This document shows, piece after piece, positions 36,301-64,000 of a DNA stretch of 64,000 nucleotides. Position numbers and translations under genes: made by a program. Under the pieces are notes generated by a model. That model was not told where the DNA came from, ran no database searches, and worked only from the letters and a program-made list of their open reading frames with translations. The stretch is taken from NCBI GenBank assembly GCA_964035545.1, contig OZ037773.1, positions 2,633,751 through 2,697,750 of the forward strand, written 5' to 3'. This DNA is from Bugula neritina (lineage: Eukaryota; Animalia; Bryozoa). The first letter of the stretch is position 1. Every line of letters begins with the position of its first letter.

Positions 36301-39300
36301 TTAGCTTGCTACTATGAGTTGATTGATTAAGAGAACTAAGGCTATAGCAAGGAGAAGAAAGTCATAGGCATTAGGGGTCTGAGCACTTGATGTCGTGGTA
36401 GAAATAACATCTGGAATATAAAATATTATCAACTTATCAGTTATAGCAGTTCACACAAACATTGCTGTCAGAAGTGTCAACTGCAAAATTTATTTGCAGC
36501 GACTTTTCAAATTTACTTTATAATTAACAGTTTATCACAATTTTTTTAAAAAAACTGTGATTAGCTACTAAAGTAATGATGGTTACTTGCTAGTAATTTA
36601 TTATAGTGTATTATATTAGCAATTTAATTGAATTAATTGGCTAGACGGTGCTTCCTCCACCACTGGTTTCCATGATTATGTTTCTGGTTTGCATTAACTT
36701 ATAGTTGCGGTTTTATTCGATGTAATCATTTCCATTAGCCTAATGAAAAAACCCATTCGAATAATCACTACGTTTCCATTAGCACATTATTCGAATGGAT
36801 TTTTTCATTTGGTTAATGGAAATAGTTACATCGAATGAAACTGCGGCTATATCTTAATGCAAACCAGAAACCACAAATAATCCGGATAATGCCAGTCATG
36901 AAACAAAGTCCTGAAAAGCAGTGAAAGAAATAATGGAAACGTAGTGATAATCATATTATGCCAATGGACTTTATAAAAAACCTCAGTTCTTGACGCAATG
37001 AAATACAAGATTTAGCTGTGAAATTCGGCCATTTTGTCTCTATATACACATACATAAGCCACAAAACACGGGTATAAACACTTCTCCTGATTTTTAGCAC
37101 TTCATGAGAAATGGAACTGTGAGATACAAAGGAAGCACTGTAATTTGTTTCTAACTACCCACAATGCTTGAGAATATTTTAAATTAGGGCATTAATATGC
37201 TATCAGCAAAAATATAAATATTTCAATAAACGTTTTAGGATGATACGTTTAGTTTGACCCCATATAATACATTTATTGAGCAGATATACTACTTGTAAAA
37301 TTATCAATTTAATTTAATTAAAATTGCATACATACAGTTTTTACCTACATCCTTATCTTCAGGCTCAACTTCTGGAGCGTGGGAGTTTGTGCAAAAATCT
37401 AAATTAAATAAAATAATCTCAGAAAATCATAATATTATAAACATTTGAGTACGAGTGCACCTACCAAAGATGATCATCTGTTTGGTGAATTTAGCGAGTT
37501 ACACTGTGTAAAAAATATCAAATGGTAATCTAAAGAATAACTGCCCCCACAGAGATTTGAATCACTGATCCCTGGCTTGCATTAAGCAGGCGCACTAACA
37601 TTACACCACACACTAACATTACACCACAGAGACTACTGAGTAAACTTAATACTACAATCGGCCCAGTTCTCTGAACTCCACTGGCCTCTCTACTACTCCT
37701 TTAGTCTTTAGGCTTTCCATGGTCGCTCAACTTCCTCAGAATACTACTACTACTATACTTTACTAAAGGCTGAAGTATTTTAAAAAATAATTTCCCCGAA
37801 CTGGGTTTCGAACCCGAGACCTCTGGCAAGCCAACCATTAGTCTACACCACAGGGGCTACTGGGTGATCACAACACTCCATAAACACATATTTACATTTT
37901 TGTCATTAATTTAGCAAATAACAGCATTATTATCATTGTCAACTCACCCTCTCGACATTGTTGATTGAACAGGCAGTCACTTGTCTGTTGGCAAGGTTTT
38001 CGACAAATTTTCACAGTTTTATCTAAACTTTCGACACAGGTAAAGTCATGTGGGCAGTTGTAACTACCTATGTCGCATCTAAACGTGTTAGAACAACACA
38101 GACATTAGAGAAGGTAAGCTACATACATACTCTATATTGAAAATTAGTAACATGTTTTAAATAGTAATTTATTTGCGTCTATATGCAAAAAGCAGTGCTT
38201 ATTTGCTCGAATACAAATATATAAGACAATTTTGAGGGGCTGCATAATATTTTTCTGTTAAATTAGTTCAAATAATTATAAGTGAAAAGGATATATGGTA
38301 AGTAGAGGAAGCATTACAGTAAAAACAAACTATAAACTTTATATTATCATATAACTGTAATGAGCAAAAAGTATCGAAATAAATTTATCATACATGTGTG
38401 TTCCATGTTTGCTGAAATTTAGTTTTGTAAATGCATGCACTTGAGATCATATACACTCGGTTAAAGGTGCTCGTATGAGTCATAATATATACTCATTTGT
38501 AAGTGTATGAGTCATAATATATACTCATTTGTAAGTGTATGAGTCATAATATATACTCATTTGTAAGTGTATGAGTCATAATATATACTCATTTGTAAGC
38601 GTATGAGTCATAATATATACTCATTTGTAAGTGTATGAGTCATAATATATACTCATTTGCAAGTGTATGAGTCATAATATATACTCATTTGCAAGTGTAT
38701 GAGTCATAAGATATACACAGTTGTATGTGTATGAGTCATACACACTGAGTTACGCAAGCCTATAACATTAACCAATCACACACGCGCGCGCGCACACACA
38801 CGCACGCACGCACACACACACACACTGTTTCTCTTGCACACCTTAGACTGACATTAATACCTGTTGACTATTAGTCATGAGGCATAATATTTCTTTTCAT
38901 GAAAACTCACCTGTAAGCACATTGCTCCAGCAGCCTGTCACAGACTTGAACAGGTGCTTTGGAGAAACAATTGACAATTTTGCCATGGGCTGAAGACTGG
39001 ACCACACAATGCTCGGTTAAGGTACAACCTGCGTTGATGTAGCCTAGCATTAACATTTTGCATTAACAGTCAAAACTACTGCATTTTGTTATAGTTGGAA
39101 CAGAAATTAAAGTAAATTAATTAAAAACAAGAAAAATATTTTGAAATCTATTTAATCAATTTCTAGTAAAACTAGCTTTTGATTAAACTACACCTTGCTA
39201 TCTCCACTTCTTAGCTAAATGAATGTAAACTTTATGTTGGCATTTTCACAATATTGTGTGCCTAAAAGGCCACCCATTCACGACAAAACTATAGCAGTCT

Positions 39301-42241
39301 AAAAATTTACATTACTTGCATTATTTTAGCAGTCTATGTATTAAAGTTGTACACCGATATGCATTGTTATTGAATTTTAACACATTCTATGTAATGTAAT
39401 ACACCTATATACTGTATATACATGCATGGAATAAGCCTACCACTAAGTTCCTATCGCTTCCCATTATGTAAAAGGGTTTTTCATTTGACGATTGGGAAGT
39501 GGTCAATTAAATAAAATCACAACCATAAGGTAATGCCAGTCAGTTCATAACCGTTTTTTGTACAAATCTATTTGAAGCAATGGGAGCACAGTCTATGTGA
39601 TATTTGAAGCAATGGGAGCACAGTCTATGTGATATTTTACTAAACACTTACTAATAAAATCTGTGGACACATGAAACAAGACAAGATCGCCTATTCCTCC
39701 CAACACAATCAGCTGATGTTCCGGAAGGAATCCTACAGAATTTACCTTCTTTATTCCACACAGTGAGATACTAGACGGTTGTACCACAAGTTCTTCTTGC
39801 AGGGCTGGCGAAGACGGAGCACATATTGTGCTCACTATTTCTCTGTTCATGTCGAATATTCGGAGATTATTGTTATTAGAGTCGACAGCCACTAACGTGC
39901 CATTGTAATAAACTGTACTTGAGATAACGGTAAATTTGGCATCCTCAAACCTACCATCTTGTGAATCGGTCCAGCCCGTAGGCCCAACTGGAATGAAATC
40001 TGGAGAGCCACTTTGCAGATCAAGCTTGCCTAAAAGGTTTTCACTAAATAAGTAGAGATATCTGTAAGATGGACCAACAAAAAGCTCTCTCCCACGGTTA
40101 ATGTTAGATATCTCCTTCGCAGAGTTCTCAAACTCGCTGAGTAAAATCATGCGGTTTCGCTCCCCTCCCTCTACTACCACCATCTCCGTTTGAGAAATGA
40201 GCACGGCAGATGCTATATAGCTAAATCTAGCTTCTAGAAGACGGCCGGTCTTTGACCCGGGGGCGTTGCAGCTGCCGGCATAAGTATACACATCCGACGC
40301 TTTTCTGTATATAATCCGTACACATGTTGACTGGACTACAAGCAATTTACTATAGACTGGTTGAAGCAACTCAACAATGTTAGTAAATTGAGCCTGTGCT
40401 TGAGGTCCATCGGCACTAGTTTGTGGGGGTGTATTACTTCCATAAATTAGCCTGTGTTCTTTAGTAAATATATTGATGTTTTTGATGGCACTAGAATCTG
40501 CTATTAACAGAAAGCTAGGGTCATATGTGTCTTGCTGAATAGCCACTATCTCCTTATTGGATACTTGTCCATATGCTTCCAGCCAATCAAAATGTAAACT
40601 GTTAATAAAAAATGTAAAATTAAAACAAACAAGATTAGTTTTTTAATTATTATAACAGCTATGCACCATAGTCATTAAAATACATTTTTATAGTTAAACT
40701 TTAATACCATGAACTATCATATCTAAAAAACAGCTATCAGTTCATAATGTTTGTCTATAAATTGCAATATTATTTTAATGGTATTGCCCTTTCCTAGTAG
40801 CCGGTATGTTGACTATAGTGATAAATTGTAACTACTTATAAAAACAACTATCTTCAGTTTCATAATTCAGCATGACTTGTGCGTTTTGTAACTATGACCT
40901 AAAGACAGTATAGCTGGAGCACCTTGGTCAGTGCAGCACTTCAACTGTAAGACCCCTTGAAACTGTGAGAAGTCTTAAATCATAGATACTGGTCAACTGT
41001 GAAAACTTTTAAAGCTTTCAGACTGAAGAAACTGTTGAACTGTTGAAGCTTGATTCCTATTAGTTGAATGCTGCTATTCTTTAAATATGACTACTTTCCA
41101 GTCTAAGAATGCACAGTAGAACTGCTGCTTATAACTTGTATATTGCAGGGTACTTATCTATGTCTAAGGCATTCACGGCCTATATAACTGGATCACAAAT
41201 CACTTCAATTCATTCTCTCTGCGTGTAGCTGTGCTTTGAAAAATTCACTGTTCTATTTTTAAGATAAACGGAGGCTTTTTAACTATTTTGAGAAGATAGA
41301 AGCAATTTTTAAAATACTTTTGCTGCATATACAAATTTTCAGCCTTATGAATTATTTTATCAGGTTAATGTAAAACTTTAGCCCTCTGTCGGATTCGAAA
41401 CCAAGAACTCCAGCTTGCAAGCAAGCACGCCAACCACTGCACCGCAGGGACTACAGTAACTACAGTAAGGCCTAATTTACTTACTTGTTGACTTGCCTTC
41501 TGAAGACTTGTTCTATAACTTTTTGAAACACTGGGGTTACACTTGCTAGCATGAAAACCACCTGCAAGTAACTATATTGCTAGTTTGCAAAATCTAAAAT
41601 AAGTTTGTGCCATAGTAAATAGGGCTCAACTAGTGCAATATATAAAACGCAAGCAATACTTAAATCTCTCAACGCAGCAGACCTTTACAGAATGCTTCAG
41701 TTTGCAGGACTTATACAAATGTTATGTGTATAATCACCAAGTTGATATATTTATAAAAAGTTAACTTAAACAAACTTAAACAAATAGCAAGACTATAGGC
41801 TACTATTTAAATAAGCTTTTTTAACAACTAACTTTAATTAAAATATCTTTAAATTAAAAACTCTCCAAAAATGGGACCTGTAAAAATAAAGGCTTCGAAA
41901 AGCCTTATTTTGCAATGTAAGATAGTCCAACCTTCAGTCCGATTAGAATATATATTGCGAGTGTGTGTGAGTGAGTGTGTGTGAGTGAGTGTGTGTGAGT
42001 GAGTGCGTGTGAGTGAGTGAGTGTGAGTGTGTGCGTGTGAGTGAGTGCGTGTGAGTGTGTGCGTGTGCGTGTGTGCGTGTGCGTAGGTGTGTGTGCGTGT
42101 GTGTGTGTGCGTGTGCGTGTGCGTGTGCGAGTGTGTGCGCGCGCGCGTGTGTGTGTGTGTGTGTGTTATAGTCTATTAACCAGTAAGTATCTAATGCCTA
42201 TAAATAGAATATACAGTATTTACCAGTAAGCACCACTTCAT
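36301..42241 (-). CDS. Gene C: probably GPI-anchored paralogue (signal peptide + NHL-like propeller + Cys-rich modules + hydrophobic tail)
   Basis: Exons: 42241-42224 (MKWCLL), 41561-41497/41485 ([13 protein letters not shown]..), 40598-39652 (propeller; [28 protein letters not shown]), 39028-38911, 38078-37948 ([35 protein letters not shown]), 37398-37345, 36410-36301 (..[32 protein letters not shown]). All junctions are in frame. Confidence 0.85.
36765..36947. mobile_element. Harbinger-type MITE (183 bp), apparently inserted into an older inverted copy (36660-36764)
   Basis: 17-bp perfect TIR TCACTACGTTTCCATTA / TAATGGAAACGTAGTGA with TAA TSD (36762-64, 36948-50). The upstream ~100 bp is a reverse-complement copy of its interior. 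Confidence 0.75.
37540..37640 (-). mobile_element. tRNA(Ala)-derived SINE head, family 1
   Basis: Similar to the other copies (GGCTTGCA..GCA..CTAACATTACACCAC), with an internal duplication. Confidence 0.6.
37790..37865 (-). mobile_element. tRNA-derived SINE head, family 1 (internally deleted)
   Basis: TTCGAACCCGAGACCTC..ACACCACAGGGGCTACTGGGT. Confidence 0.6.
38473..38740. repeat. 32-bp minisatellite (GTATGAGTCATAATATATACTCATTTGTAAGT)n in a gene C intron
   Basis: About 8 near-identical copies, each containing TGAGTCA. Confidence 0.92.
41380..41456 (-). mobile_element. tRNA(Ala)-derived SINE head, family 1
   Basis: GGATTCGAAACC..GCTTGCAAGCAAG..CACCGCAGGGACTAC. Confidence 0.65.
41958..42165. 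repeat. Compound (GT)n/(GTGA)n/(GTGC)n microsatellite
   Basis: Directly visible. Confidence 0.93.
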
Positions 42242-44372
42242 TCTACATTGCATACCAATCGACACAGCTCCGGGCTGAGTTCAAAGCAGTCGTACTGAGT
42301 ATTAGCTATGTCTATCACTACATTCAGTAAAATAATATTTAAACAATTTCAGCAATTTTACAAATGTAATAAATGGTTCAACTCACCCATTATTCACATT
42401 TTTCAGTATTTTAAAGTTAACTGTTTTATAGCTTTCTGAAGAATAAATTATAATTACTACTTTATGTCAAGAAGCAGGCAACGGTTGTATATTTTCATGG
42501 CAGTACAGGTAATTTATGGCTGATGTCATGGTTTGTTGTTTTCCAATTGAATCCACCAGCTTACAGCTTATATATGCAGCACGATACTCTAATTCTCATC
42601 TAGCATGCTATAAGTTGGTGATGCAGTTAATACATGGTGGCTAAAAGAATGGCAAGCAGAGATAAAGTATGGTGGTCGGAGAAGCTTCTGTCAGTTGTTT
42701 TTATTAGATAAGAGAACAGCTAGCCATTACTAATCACCTTTTCAATAAATGAAAGTTAACATGTTCTTGCTGTTGCTCTAGTAAGTATATATCTTATTTG
42801 AATGTTAGCCTGAACAGCTCAATATACAGCCCAACTGTCATTATATAAACATTGCAACTGAAATGGCCAAGTTAAGCATGGCAAAAATGAACACTCTGTG
42901 TTTCATCATTCAGTATACAAGGTATCTCTCTGGAACTTTGTCACTTCTAATCCATACATAGACATTGCTACAAAATCTAATTGACTAGCTCACAACTACT
43001 ATATAACATACTGTAGCTCAACAAGTGTCTTCAAATTGATCTAAATATTTATCTTATAAAGATATCTATTCTCTATATTAAAGCAGTACTTGTACTTGAC
43101 AATAAATTATTTTTCTATAATGTCATTGTAAATTAGTTATCAGGAGTTTTATTAAAATGAGAATTGCATCTATTACATTTTTTTATGTTGTTTTTTGAAA
43201 AAAAATTATACTAAGAAAAACATTACATTCCTGCAGTTTATAAAAGTAATAAAAATTCTACTAAACTTTCACATGTTTAATAACCCCAAAAAGGTCACTT
43301 TGGTTTTAGTGATTATATTAACCTACAACAATAATCAAGGACTATCTGCGTAATGTTATGAGACGGTGTATAAACATTTCATATGCTTGGTTTATATAGA
43401 GTTCTACACTTTATCATATTGTATTTACTAAATATTATTTACATAGACTTGCACATAAAATTGGCTAGTTTATTGAGCAAAATAAATATTTTTATACAAA
43501 ACAAAATCGGCTGTGTTGTACATTTTAAATTTTTAAGAAAATGCAATCCACAAAACAGATATGCTTCAAAATTAATCATGTTATGAAGAGCTCAATTTTT
43601 TGCCTTGGTTCGTTTAGTAGCTGGTCTATAAGTATTAGTCTTTCTGCTGGCAGCTGCAGATGGCAAATGCACACTTTTCCTACAAATTTCCAAAGCTATT
43701 AACAAAATAATTCAATGAGTTTTATTTTAGAGCGTTTCTATTGAAACTCTTTGATGAGTCAAGTTGATACCAGCGCTGCCTTAATTTTGAGACAGCTTTT
43801 TACATAAAATAAAAATAAAGTAAAATAATTGTCTAATTTTTAATATTTTTGGCTTTCAACACAAATAAACAAATTTACATGTGTTTTTAAATCTCAGCAC
43901 AAGCTTTGTGAAACCGCCACTCATTGAAACAACTCTGTCTAAATTTTTTTATGAAAAACTAAAAAAAATTACATAGCCCTAAAACTGCAATTAGACATTA
44001 TAGTTCCAAAAAGCATTAACATTTCCTTGTAGGAGGCCATGCTGTACTTGCATTCATTGTTTCATCAATGCACAAGGAACATGCATGAGAAAATAATTCT
44101 AAATAACAGATATACTGTTTTGTAGAGAAGAGATACTTTACAATAACAGGAGCTGGGTATAATGCATTGAAGCGAAACACTTCAATCATATATAATAAGT
44201 TAACCCCTGCATTCTCATAACATAACACTATTTATGTATAATTAGAATTTTTAAATATTTAAGCTCCCAGTGATCAGATTCTATGGCTAATCACTATGTA
44301 AAGTCACATTTACTCAAACTATAAGATTATTTAAAATAAAAATCAGTCCCTATCAAGAAAGTTTTTGAATGT

Positions 44373-63715
<19,343 letters not shown>

Positions 63716-64000
63716 CTGCAAATAGTGACATCCTACATAGATATAGTTTTTATTATTGTTTAACTTTCTCTAAATTAATACATTATATACTTTAAAAGAA
63801 TAGTAATTGCTGGTATAAAACACCATGGTTTAATAAATAGAGATCTGCTATAAAATTTTGATCCAATCAACCTTCTGCCAAAAACAAAGTTTGAACCAAG
63901 TTGAAATGTCACTGTAAATAACCACACTGTTTGCAGCATGAATATGCATTAACAAAAATGTATTAAGGTGCCCTTTTCTTATTTTCAGTAACATAATATA

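Noticed and set aside
38473-38740. 32-bp repeat array resembling CRISPR
   Set aside because: Units are contiguous with no unique spacers, there are no cas genes, and it lies in a eukaryotic intron.
39569-39632. 32-bp perfect direct duplication near a gene C donor
   Set aside because: A simple local tandem duplication in an intron with no evident function.

Overview
AT-rich, intron-containing animal (invertebrate) genomic DNA. No prokaryotic features, rRNA, intact tRNA or CRISPR arrays were seen. (1) 1.7-19.8 kb: a complete multi-exon ASPM/abnormal-spindle gene on the minus strand (ASH, CH and IQ-repeat regions, helical C-terminus) with satellite-rich introns. (2) 25-64 kb: a tandem cluster of four diverged paralogues that I do not recognise as a named family. 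They share an exon chain: 6-codon start exon, signal-peptide exon, one ~950-bp NHL-like beta-propeller exon, then two Cys-rich exons. Their ends differ: gene A (+) stops just before a hydrophobic tail, gene B (+) is secreted, gene C (-) has a GPI-type tail, and gene D (-, 5' end outside the window, propeller exon predicted but not seen) continues into C-type lectin, sushi, TSP1, PTPRJ-type juxtamembrane and TM regions with a short non-catalytic tail. (3) Inside an intron of gene D lies a decayed PIF/Harbinger transposon. Its transposase is a pseudogene interrupted by a solo LTR, but its 4-exon MADF-BESS gene is intact. There are also Harbinger-type MITEs, tRNA-derived SINEs, a FLYWCH remnant, a duplicated non-coding block and many mini/microsatellites. 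All exon models were built by hand from splice signals and reading frame and need RNA-seq confirmation.
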